Below, piece after piece: positions 35,301 through 46,700 of a stretch of DNA of 64,000 nucleotides (position 1 is the stretch's first letter; every line of letters begins with the position of its first letter). Below the pieces are notes generated by a model. That model was not told the origin of the DNA and did not search any database. It was given only the letters and a program-made list of their open reading frames with translations. The stretch is taken from positions 13,702,001 to 13,766,000 of the forward strand of contig NW_024704750.1 in NCBI RefSeq assembly GCF_018977255.1, written 5' to 3'. The translations under genes and the position numbers were made by a program. Source of the stretch: Callorhinchus milii. Lineage: Eukaryota.

Positions 35301-38300
35301 GAAGAGAATTTTTTTTTAAAAAAAATGCAATTAGTACCTACCTCTGTGACCTCCTAACCCCCTACCAACCTGTCCACTCAGTGGACTTTTCCAGCCTGCT
35401 TCACACCGCTCGCCTCATCATTAGCATACAGATCTTCAGCCACTCTGCCCCCACTCTCTGGAACTCCATCCCACAGTCCCTCTGCCTCCCCCCCCCCACT
35501 TGTCTCCTTCAAGACTCGTCTCAAGACCGTCTTCTTCAACCATGCCTTCGAGATTATGGAAAATAAACTGTACAGTATGCAACTATAATAGTTAATAGTT
35601 GGATGGCTCAGAAATTAAGACAGTAATTGAAAAAGCTTCTGAAGACATCAAACCCTGAGATTAAATTACCAGCTTCAACCTTCAAGTCTATTTTTTTAAA
35701 TATAAAGCTAATTTAAGTGCAAAGTTGCTCAATCCCATTGTTTTTAAGATACAAATTTATGTTTTAGAACACATCCTGCATTTGGTAATTTAGGCATATA
35801 ATCAAAGAGCAACTGTTATGAACTCTATAAATGTCGCTGCCAATTGTGCTGCATCGTTTAACAGACACAAAACTAAAACCAAAGCAGGAAGTGATTTTCT
35901 AATCGCGTGCCATTTCAAACCGTGTACATTTCTTCATTTAATACAATAGAGGCAAATGCTGTAACACTGATAACTCCACAATAGTGTAAGAGTAACTAAT
36001 CAGCAATGGCAGGAAAATAATCGGAAGGAAATTTCAAATGTATTTTAAAAATGTACTCACAGTCTTGGACTGGCTAACCTTAGCCGAGATGTTAGCAACG
36101 TTTAAGCCATCAATTACCACATCAAAAGGAGGCCTCCTTTTCACAAAGGCTTGGAAATGTTCAAGTTCCTAAGGGGGGGAAATATATTGAACAGGCATCC
36201 AGGCTATTCAATGCATCTTACAAACTAACGTACTGAATGTGAATGAGAAGATGCATTGTGAAATCTTACAAGATATCATTTTGATCCTTCAAATGGGCTG
36301 ATCTAAGAACTCAGTTACCACTATAAGCAAACAATAAATCATCTTCTTTCCAACAACTAAAGAATGTTTTTATTTAACGTTCCACAAATCCATTGCTGCT
36401 TAGTTCCAATAAAGCAAGCCACAAAGGTGATCACTAGCGATATGTTGCCTAGGTTTACAATATTTTTGCTTTGAATGTAGTAATTTCTCAATTGTCTTTC
36501 CAAAGTGCCTCAATTTTTATCATACTGATACTATAATACTGATAGCTAGCTGACCATCAGAAATGGAAAAACTCTGGCGGACAAACCACAAGTATTACCA
36601 GTTGTTACCAATTAGTATTACCAACTGGGCCAGAATCCACCATTTTCTCATTGGTTATGAAAAAAATGACTACTTACTGTATAACTGACTGAATGAAGCC
36701 AGCTGAGTACAGATAGGGGATATCACAATATTGAAATGTTATTATGTGTCAAGTAAAATAGTAGTATTTTGTTAATGACTGGAATGCAGATTGCCAAAAC
36801 TGAAAATCACTGGTCACAGCATTACAAATATATTTTCTACCTTAGTCATTCTGGCTCAGGGGAAATCCCATACCAAACAAGTCATTATGTGACCCATAAA
36901 TGCCCCAAGGACAAATCTAGGTGTGTGTGATAGAGATCAAGTCAGCAAGCTATGTTATTCAGGTTACCTAGCAATTATCTCAAATATGAGTAGCCATGGC
37001 AGTATTTGCTTTTTTTTAAGAAAAGAAGCCACACCTTGTGCCTTCAAACTCCATTCACTGTTCAAATAGATGATTAAGCACATGTGATATTCAGTCAGAC
37101 AATGCAGGTGCCATAAGGATTGACATCTGTAAAAAGCTATTGAGGCAGTGTCTCCTTTTGTTATATAAGGTGAACAACTAATTTATCAGGAGGAGTTTTT
37201 GCCTGGACAAACTTCTTTTTTGATCTAATATTATCATTGATCTTTAATGTCATCTCAAAAACAAGCAGACACACAACCCCATAAAAATTGGCACACTAGA
37301 TGGTCTAGTGGGTTAAGTCACCATACTGGTATTCGGACTAGTACACAGAGGAGAAAAGAATTTTGCTCAGCTTTGATACCCCCTGCTGTCAAAATGGCTG
37401 TTAACACCACCAGTCCATGCTAAACTTGCATTTTACAGTGCATTATCATGTCAAAATGTCTGAAAGGGTTCTACAGTAATTAATTTCAAGTGCAATGTCT
37501 CTTTCTGTTGTAGAAAGGGGAACGACCAAGTTATCTGAATCTTTGGCCAGGGCAATCTCCTTTCACTTTCTAATACTGTTATGGATCTTTAATGTACAGA
37601 AAGAAGTGACAGATAATAAAATGTGCCAAACTGAACCTTAAACATTGCAAGACTTTCAAAATCAGCAGACCACTCCAGGTTAATCTCAATTGGTTCCCAA
37701 CTCTAAAGTGATATTAGCAGTTGCCTGGAAGCAATGTCTCATCAGGGGAGAATCAGGGGAAAATCTTGCAATTGATTGAACTGAAGTTGCTGCCATTTTC
37801 TTGTTTGTTAGTTCAAGATTAAATGTGACCCATATAAGCGGTTCTTGTGACAAAAGCGCCACCTTCCGGCTTGTAACATCTCACAATCTGCTTTCTGGCT
37901 GAAACACTTTGATCTTAAAAATATTTGAACAGCGTCAATGAAAGGCAGGATCTTGTCATTGTGACCGAGAGTGGTGAATACATATAAATTGTTAAAGCTA
38001 TAGCTAAAACAAAGCTACATAAATGCAAATGACCATGTAGCATGACTAGTGAAATATACAGATATTGATAAACCCGCTTCAGTGTAAAACAGACCGAAGC
38101 TACACATCTTAGAACTCATTATTTTTAAACTTGCTATCTCAAAATACTGCTTCACGATGGGGGAATTCAGTTTGAGCTTGATACAGTTCCCACCTGATGT
38201 GCAATGCACGCACTTTCCAGCAAATAAAATTTAGATACTCTAGGCCTTTTCATTTATTTTGTTTAAATTTAAAGAGAAAATTGCAAAGAACTGCAATACT

Positions 38301-41300
38301 GCTGCTGCTCTTGTCAGTGCTGTTTGGAGCGCCGCCATCTGTACAAACTTGGTACCGCAGTCTGAGACAAGTATAGTACACAGTAATTCAAAAGCATATT
38401 ACTGATCAAATATTAATGTCAATTAAAGTAAAATAAATGGCAATGGGAAATCAACCTGAGTGTACTGCAATTATTTCATCAAACTAAACAACAATTTCAA
38501 CAACTTAAAACAACAGCAACAACAAGATTAAATTTGTAAAGCGCCTTTCACGTCGGGAGGACGTCCCAAGAGCTGGACAGTGTACAGCATTTCAGACCCG
38601 AGCTGGGATCAGAGGGGAGAAGGGAGGGGTGACCAATGGCATGGTCGAAGAGGAGGGTTTTAAGGCGGGACTTGAAGGAGGCTAAAGAGGGGGCGAGGCA
38701 GAGTGATTGGGGTTGGAGTTCCAGAGGTTGGGGGCAGAGTGGCTGAAGGCTCTCCCGCCAATGGTGGGGTGGGTGGGTCAGGGGATATGGAACAGGCCGG
38801 AGCTGGCTGAGCGGAGGGAGCGGGTGGGTTGGTAGGGGGTTAAGAGGTCACAGAGATAGGATGGGGCGAGGCCATGGAGGGCTTTGTAGGTGAAGACCAG
38901 GATTTTGAACTGGATCCTCTGAAGGATAGGGAGCCAATGGGGTCAGGTGAGAATGGCGTAGATGGGGTCATGGAGTTTGGTGCAGGAGACGACACGGGCT
39001 ACAGAGTTCTGGATTATCTGCAGCCTGTGGAGGGAGGAGTTGGGAAGCCCGACAAGCAGGGCGTTTGCATAGTCGAGCCTGGAGGTGATGAAGGTATGAA
39101 CAAGTGTTTAAGCAGTCTGAGGTAGTGGCGGAGTTGGGAGATGGTATACCACTTACCAGAGGAGTAGTCTTCTTAAAAACATCATTGCCTTGTATAACAT
39201 CGTTCAACACTCGCTTTCTTAGTTCACTATATTCTTCTTCACTCAAGGAAATGGATTCCAGCAACGTGTTACAGCTACGGCATTTCCCACTGAAATAAAA
39301 TATTCAAATTGATGAGTTTCACAAAGCAAAGGTGAAAACCTGGGAGTAATTGACCACACTGAAAAATAACTGACAGTTCAGACAAAAATCATAAAGCAGT
39401 GTAAATAGTAAACTATAATTTCCTTATATTTCTCATTTTAATTTCTCTCTTTGCATTATTCAGTCCTTAACTCATATTTGGACATTATATTTTTCCAGAT
39501 CTGTAATGCGTCTCAAATTCACGGATGGAACTGGGAGATGCCAGTGAAGGATAGTTCAGTTGGTATTCTAACTTCCAGAAGTGTCCATTGTTGTTCTGAA
39601 GATGGAAACAATCCAATAAAAGAAGGTGGCAAATCCAGGAAGCCAATAATGAAGCAAATATTTTGGCAAACCAATCCCTCCATTATAACAAGAAAGCTAA
39701 GAGTGTTTGGATGTTTGTCTTTCAACAGAAAATACCTAAACTGTTGATCTAGGTTCTTAAAGGTTATGCTAAAAAGGATACAATTGCAGTTGAAATAGAT
39801 CTGGGACAATGATAGTTATTTTTGTTGCAGCTTTTTTCAAAAAAACTGTAGTTATTCATAAATTCCGTGTAGAATTCATAAGTTCGGCAAAGATAGTAGG
39901 CGCTTTCAAATATACCTACCTATTCGAAATGGTGGTGTAACGCCCTTCCCATTTTTCATCTGGAATGCTGCAATGAAAACATAGCTCCATTAAGTCAAAA
40001 GCAAAAATGCAGTGAAATGTAAACTTAATTTTTAAGGGGAATCAAGTAATGAGTAAAGATGGGAGTTTCTCCTGGTGTCATTAACAACAATCCCCCAAGT
40101 AAAATTGATGATTTACTCCACGTCTGTTTGTGGAACATGGCTGCTGAATCTCACCTTAAAATATAAAGTCAAATCACTTTACAGTACATCCCGTGAAGCA
40201 CATTGAGATGTCTTTACAATGTGACAAGGCACTATATCAAATGCAAGGATTATTATTATAGTATATTGCTTCAAATATTTCCTCTCAATACTGCCGTAGA
40301 AAAAAAAATCAAAGTAAATAATGCATATGAGATGCATAAGAGGAGCAAGTTACTCAAAGCATTGTCAAATCATGTACGGGTTGGCACCTTTGGGAGATGA
40401 TAATAATAATCCTTGCATTTGATGTAGCGCCTATTTTGGCAGCCAATTGAGCACAACCGTTCCCCATAACACAGCCGTTGATTCGAGGGAGTATAACCTG
40501 GGCCAATCGAAAAGTGCAGAAATATTTGTCCAAAATTGCAGTGAAATTTGAAGAAATTGCAGGGAAATTTGACAAATGTTGCTGAAAATTGCTGGAAGTT
40601 GATTGGTGCTATTGATGGATATTTCAGCGCAGGCCCAAAGGGCTTGGAGATCCACCAAAAAAGTCACTCAGGTCCAGCGTCCTGACTGCAGGGCGACAGG
40701 AGCTCACGACCTCCTGCCTCTCAGGGCCCAGCACTGCACACAACAACAACAACCACAACAAGATTCCATTTATAGTGCGCCTTTCACGTCGGGAGGAGGT
40801 CCCAAGGCGCTGAAAGACACAGACACAGAGACCCAGAGAGACACAAACAGACAGATAGAAAGAGAGAGACACACACAGACACACACACATTCTCAGAAAG
40901 AAAGATACACACACTCATAGACACAAAGACGCACACACACACACACAGAGGAGAGACACACATACACATTCACAGAGACACTCATAAACACACACATATA
41001 GACCACTCACAAACACACACACACAGGAGAGTCAGACACACACACAGAGGAGAGTCAGACACACACAGAGGAGAGACAGACACACACACACAGGAGAGTC
41101 AGACACACAGAGGAGAGACAGACACACAGAGGAGAGACAGACACACACACAGAGGAGAGACAGACACACACACAGGAGAGTCAGACACACACACACAGGA
41201 GAGTCAGACACACACAGAGGAGAGACAGACACACACACAGGAGAGTCAGACACACAGAGGAGAGACAGACACACACAGGAGAGACAGACACACACAGAGG

Positions 41301-42707
41301 AGAGACAGACACACACAGAGGAGAGTCAGACACACACAGAGGAGAGACAGACACACAGAGGAGAGACAGACACACACAGAGGAGAGACAGACACACACAC
41401 ACACTTAGAGACGCACAAGACAGACAATCACAGCCGCGGGGCTTCCGCACTACAGGAACCGCTCCGCCCACACAGTGACATCAGGTAAACAAACAAACAA
41501 ACAAACAAACCCCCTCTCCCACCTTTTTAAAAAATAATAACAACAACAACAACAATAAACCTCAGGACGCGGCAGCGAACGAAACGACTCGCCTTTCAAA
41601 CCAGAGCCTGATGCTGTGCACCGCGCGCTCCCCGGGGTACTCGTGGCCGTCTCTCAGGTAGGAGAGGATGGCGTGGATCTTGGCCGTGTGCTCGGTGTGC
41701 TGCTGGAGGGGGGGTCTGCAGCAGTCGAAGAAGCTTTGCAGGGTCTCTTGGCTCGGCCTCAGGCGGGGGCGGGCGTTGTTGCCGCCGTTGCCGTTGCCGC
41801 CGTTGCCCTCCACCATCTCCCGGTACAGCGCCCAGGCCGTCTCCGCCTCCCCGTGCCTCAGGGCGGCCGCCATCACGTCGCCGTAATTCCTGGCCGACGG
41901 CGTGACCAGCCGCTTGAGGGCGTCGAGCAAGGCCGCGGCCTCCCTCCAGCGCTCGGTCGGGCTGAAGCCGCTGATGAGGAGGCTGTGAGCTCCCGTGTCC
42001 AGGGCCTTAAACCGGCTCCTCAGGATCTGGTACACGTCGCCCACCTCGGCTCCGTGGCCGCCCTTCACACACAGCGCCAGGTACTTGAGCAGCAGCTCGT
42101 AACTCAGGCCGCCGCCTCCGCCGCCATTGCTGTCGCCGTGGCTCCGGGCGGCCGCGAAAGCCAACAAGGACTTGGCCACGTCCAGGTCGCCGCCGGTCGA
42201 CAGCAGCCGCTCCATCACGCCGACCTCGAAGCGGCTCTTGCGCTGCGGCCATCTGGCCCTCAGCTCTGCCCACTCCTCTGCTGTCAGAGGCCCTCTGGGC
42301 AGCTCGGCCCGGGCTCGGGCCCGGCCCCGGGCTCGGCCGTCCTCTCCGCTCAGCGCCTCTCTGCTCCGGCTTTTGCTCAGCTCCCCCCGCTCTCTGGCCG
42401 CGCCGGCGGCGAAGAGAGAAAAGGGTGCAGCCGCCCGGGCCTGCGGCTCCCTCTCCCTCTCCCCCCTCCCGGGCTCCCTCTCCCCCCTCCCGGGCTCCCT
42501 CTCCCTCCCGGGCTCCCTCTCCCTCTCCCCCCTCCCGGGCTCCCTCTCCCTCTCCCTCCCGGGCTCCCTCTCCCCCCTCCCGGGCTCCCTCTCCCTCTCC
42601 CTCCGGTCGCGCTGCTGTTTGGTGTCAGACACAGGCCTGGGCCAGGCGGACAGGCCGCTGACACCAAACGGCGGCCGCGCCACACGCCCCGAGAGCCGAA
42701 GCCACAT
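23329..42707 (-). CDS. PRORP: Protein-only mitochondrial RNase P catalytic subunit (MRPP3/KIAA0391)
   Basis: Seven coding exons: 42707-41593, 39967-39920, 39289-39157, 36168-36061, 25071-24923, 24180-23985, 23457-23329. Total 1878 nt = 625 aa. PPR region, CxxC (CRSC), NYN motifs [29 protein letters not shown], and C-terminal WHIPYD...WLC. The first coding intron has a GC donor. Confidence 0.95.
25120..25885 (-). mobile_element. 5'-truncated L2 LINE
   Basis: Minus-strand ORF fragment [24 protein letters not shown]...[10 protein letters not shown], frameshifted, with L2 tail. Confidence 0.88.
28625..28972 (-). mobile_element. Degraded SINE (Deu-type body with shared L2-like tail)
   Basis: aataatccttgc..tttgatatagtgcc tail and gacaacactgcattc...gcgtcagcctag...gctcaa body. 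Confidence 0.5.
29002..29298 (+). mobile_element. tRNA-derived SINE, full length
   Basis: Same head (gtggagtcctgtag...gggttcgtttcc), body and (att)n tail as 34601-34907. Confidence 0.88.
32205..32504. repeat. GC-rich ~25-bp minisatellite in a PRORP intron
   Basis: Tandem cccagcccgcccgcccgcacagctc units. Confidence 0.95.
34601..34907 (+). mobile_element. tRNA(Ala-like)-derived SINE, full length
   Basis: A box TAGCTCGGTGG, B box GAGTTCAATTC, anticodon arm ctcgc-CTTGCAA-gtgag, body ctgtttgtgggacactgctgtgcgcaattggctgcc, L2-like tail and (att)n. Many copies occur in the window. Confidence 0.9.
38505..39145 (-). mobile_element. 5'-truncated L2 LINE directly after PRORP coding exon 3
   Basis: Homologous to 18824-19470 and 25120-25885. 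Confidence 0.88.
40813..41405. repeat. AC/AG-rich minisatellite in PRORP intron
   Basis: Tandem gacacacacagaggagag(a/tca) units. Confidence 0.92.
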
Positions 42708-42830
42708 GGCGCCGGCGGCCCCGTCCTCGGCGTTCAAGAGCCTGAGCGGTAAATAGCGGCCGCTGGAGTGTGTCTGTCTGTCTGTGTGTGTGTGAGAGAG
42801 AGAGAGGGCGAGGATCCCGCTCAGGCTTCA
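41430..42830. promoter_or_regulatory. CpG island spanning the PRORP first coding exon; likely shared PRORP/PPP2R3C promoter region
   Basis: Very GC- and CpG-rich; lies between or over head-to-head genes. Confidence 0.6.
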
Positions 42831-43690
42831 CCCCCAACTCTCCTGTGTGTGTCTCTGTGTTTCTCTTACTTTGTGACCCTGTTTCTCTCAGTGGCTCTGT
42901 CACTGTATCTCTGGATGTGTGTCTCTGTCTCTCTCTGTAACTCTCTCTATGTCTCTCAGTGACTCTGTCACTGTATCTCTGGCTGTGTGCCTCTGTCTCT
43001 CTCTGTAACTCTCTCTATGTCTCTCAGTGACTCTGTCACTGTATCTCTGGCTGTGTCTCTGTCTCTCAGTGACTCTGTCACTGTATCTCTGGCTGTGTGT
43101 CTCTGTCTCTCTCTGTAACTCTCTCTATGTCTCTCAGTGGCTCTGTCACTGTATCTCTGGCTGTGTGCCTCTGTCTCTCTCTGTAACTCTCTCTATGTCT
43201 CTCAGTGGCTCTGTCACTGTATCTCTGGCTGTGTCTCTGTCTCTCTCTGTAACTCTCTCTATGTCTCTCAGTGACTCTGTCACTGTATCTCTGGCTGTGT
43301 GTCTCTGTCTCTCTCTGTAACTCTCTCTCTCTATGTCTCTCAGTGACTCTGGTTGTGTGTCTGTTTCTCTCTGAGCCTCTTTCTGTTTCTGTCTCTCTTG
43401 TCACTGACTTGGTCTCTGTGTGTCTCTGACTGTATGTCTCTCAGTGATTCTCTCAATCTCTGTGTCACTCTCTGAATGTATGTTTCTGTCTCTCTGTGTC
43501 ACTCTCTCTGTCTGTCTCTCTCTCTCTGTAACTCTCTGTCTACGTCGCTCTGTAACTCTCTATGTCTCCCTGTGACCCTGGCTGTGTGTCTATTTCTCTG
43601 TGTCACTGACTCTGTCTCTGTGACCCTGACTGTATGTCTCTCGGTGATTCTCTCAGTCTTTGTGTCACTACGTGGCTGTGCCTGACTCTC
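42768..43690. repeat. TC/TG-rich minisatellite between the PRORP and PPP2R3C start codons
   Basis: Repeated ctctgtcactgtatctctggctgtgtg...ctctgtaactctctctatgtctctcagtg units. Confidence 0.92.
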
Positions 43691-43767
43691 TCTATGATTC
43701 CTTCTCCAGGTACCATCTGTGGATCAGAGGTGACTGACTGGGCTGCGGAGCTGCAGTTGGAGCTACC

Positions 43768-46700
43768 ATGGACTGGAAACAGATGCTGAGGAACCGCCTA
43801 ACGGCGACCCAGACCCAGGAGAGCCCCGATCCTGCTGCCCAGAGCCGTGAGTGTACCGAGGGCGGCCTCCTGCCTTGGGGAGAGGGGAGATCAAGTAACT
43901 TTCTTGTCTCAGGCTTGTGTTTGTTCTTCACCATCAAACAATTGATCCAGCCTTTGTACAGTTTCTTAACGTTATCATCTGCATTTAGAATCGTAGAATT
44001 TACAGCATAGAAGGAGGCTGTTCAGCCCATCCAGTCTGCACCAAATCTCAGAGCAAGGTGTCCATTCAAACCCACTGTCCTGCCTTATCCTCATTCCCCT
44101 TCAACTCTCTGACACTGCTCTGAGTGAAGAGCGCTCCAACACGCTATCCTGAGTGAAGGTTGCAAATTGTTGTAGTTGTTGTGATCTACCTCTCTCTGAA
44201 ACCCTGACTCGACCACCTTACTTGTCAGGCCTGGATATTGTACATCCCAAAAACTCCCAATCCCAATATTATTATCCCAATAACTGAATTTTTCATCAGC
44301 GATCAAGATTGCTATTCCTAACAGATGATTATATGGTCTCCCATAGATCAATATGATGATCATAATTCCATTGTCAGTATATGTTTAAACAACAACTATT
44401 CAATGGATATCTTAAATATGGTTTTGTTTGTTTACTCTTGATTAATAGCCTTTTTGAACAGATAATAACCTATGTTTTCACGTAGAATAGAATTAACTCT
44501 TTGATTTTGATTCAGAGATCACTCCTAAACAATTCAATATTTTCTCTTAAAATAAAACAGCTAAAAATTCAGAACAAGAACTTGGGGAAAATGAGATGGA
44601 ACTTTTCACTCAGTACTATGTTGAGTGGAGAGGTGGCAGGAAAAAGAGCAATATGTCCTACAAAAGCATTCCAAGATTTTATTATAAGGTTGGTATTTGA
44701 TGTTGGTTCTTTATAGTTTATTTTATTTTCTTTGGTAAAACTTCTTTTTCCAATTCTCTTGCTTCCTTTCCTGAAGGTGGTGATTCTTGCTAGGGTATGG
44801 TTCCATGGGTGCCAGCAACCCTCCGATATGTCATTCGGAGTTGGTCACGTGTGAGCATAAACAAAGAAACTATTTAACCATTGTCAACTCTGCTTTCGGT
44901 TTAAATTCTTTAAACAGCTCACAGAGCTCAATGTACACAGTGGAGCTCAAACTCCATACTAATTAATTTTGGTGAGCCAGGCCACAGATGTGAAATCGAA
45001 TCAATGCCATATTGTGTATTGTGTGTTTTGAATACCCAGGCAACTTGAAAGGCAAAGTTGGTGTGAGTTACTGGCATGTTTACATTTTTATAAATGGAAT
45101 AATCCTGAAGCCACTGTCCTTCTACAGGTTCTTATTTTGAAATGAATCCAGATTTGACTGTTTGATTGGCATTATCCCATGGTTGGTTGTTTTTCCATAA
45201 TTGAATATATATTATATTCACTGTGGAGTAAACATGGCTTAAGCATTATGTCACAATATGAGTAGATGTATTTCAAGAAGACGTGGACAATATTGTCACT
45301 TTTTATTCCGACCCTTTTTCAGCTTCCAGCAGAGGATGAAATTTTGTTGCAGAAATTAAGAGAAGAGTCCAGGGCGGTTTTTCTTCAAAGAAAGAGCAGA
45401 GAACTGCTGGATAATGAAGAACTACAGGTAAGAAAATATGGAACAACTTTGTTGGCAATTGAATTTATTAGAAAAATTGTTAGAAGTCCATTCTCCTGGG
45501 CTTAATTGTATAATAAGTGGTTCAATTTATTTCCTATAAAAATCTTTTGCAGAATTTGTGGTTTTTATTGGACAAACATCAGACTCCTCCTTTGATAGGG
45601 GAGGAGGCAATGATAAATTACGAAAGCTTCTTGAAAGTTAAGGAAAAAGCAGGACAAAAATGCAAGTAAGTATTCTGTAACAACAGCTGTTTATCTGAAT
45701 TACTAGAGAATTTGAACTAAGGAAATACATTCTTTGTTCAAATGTTGTGGGTTCATTTCTGTTCTGAAATCTCTGATGAAAATTGCACTTTTTGATTCAG
45801 GGTTTTTCCTTTTTATAATTATTTGAATGGCATTTTCAAATATTCTTGTTCTAGCTAATTTGGTTTTTATATCATCCAACAGACAATTCTTTCCAGCCAA
45901 GGTCTTTGCCAAGCTCTTGCACAATGACCCATATGGAAGGATTTCTATAATGCAATTCTTCAACTATGTGATGCGCAAAGGTATCAAACTGGTCATTGAT
46001 CCTGTGTTTCTTTAATCAAAGTAAAATACTGTTAAGAATCCTAATTTATTTACAACAAAACGATCTCATTCTCTTCACATTTTAGTCTGGCTTCATCAGA
46101 CGAGGATAGGTCTCAGTCTGTATGATGTGGCGGGTCAAGGATATCTTCGAGAATCCGTGAGTTATCCTACATTTGTTTCCGATCGGATAGCTTAACGCTC
46201 ACTTTAATACCATGTGTTATATTCTTTGGTATGTTAATACTGCTGAAACACATCTACAGGATTTAGAGAATTACATTTTGGAGCTGATTCCAACCTTACC
46301 ACAACTTGATGGCCTGGAAAAGTCCTTCTATTCATTCTATGTGTGCACTGCAGTTAGGAAGTTTTTCTTCTTCCTTGACCCACTCAGAACAGGTGAGTTG
46401 ATGTCTGCTCACAAACAATACAAAGACAGTAGCACTGCCTTTCTGTCAGAAATGAAATATTTCAGCCTTTATTTGCTCCCCCCTCTCCTCTGCTGAGATG
46501 TATCTGAATGCTGATTTGACGCCTAAAACAGTCAAATCCATTTCATAAAACAACAACAAATTACATTTGTATATCGCCTTTCACATTGGGAGGACGTCCC
46601 AAGACGTTGGACAGTCAGGGATTTGGACCAGGACGGGTCTAACTGCTGATACTATCCTGGTTGGGTAATTTTGCACTTTAGATCCATACTCTGGATTAAA

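Noticed and set aside
38968-39264. ORF fusing a PRORP exon with L2 sequence
   Set aside because: Simple read-through of a strong GTAAGT donor into an adjacent L2; no sign of exonisation.
41616-42756. 378-aa and 209-aa plus-strand ORFs
   Set aside because: Antisense shadows of the GC-rich PRORP exon, with no recognisable domain.
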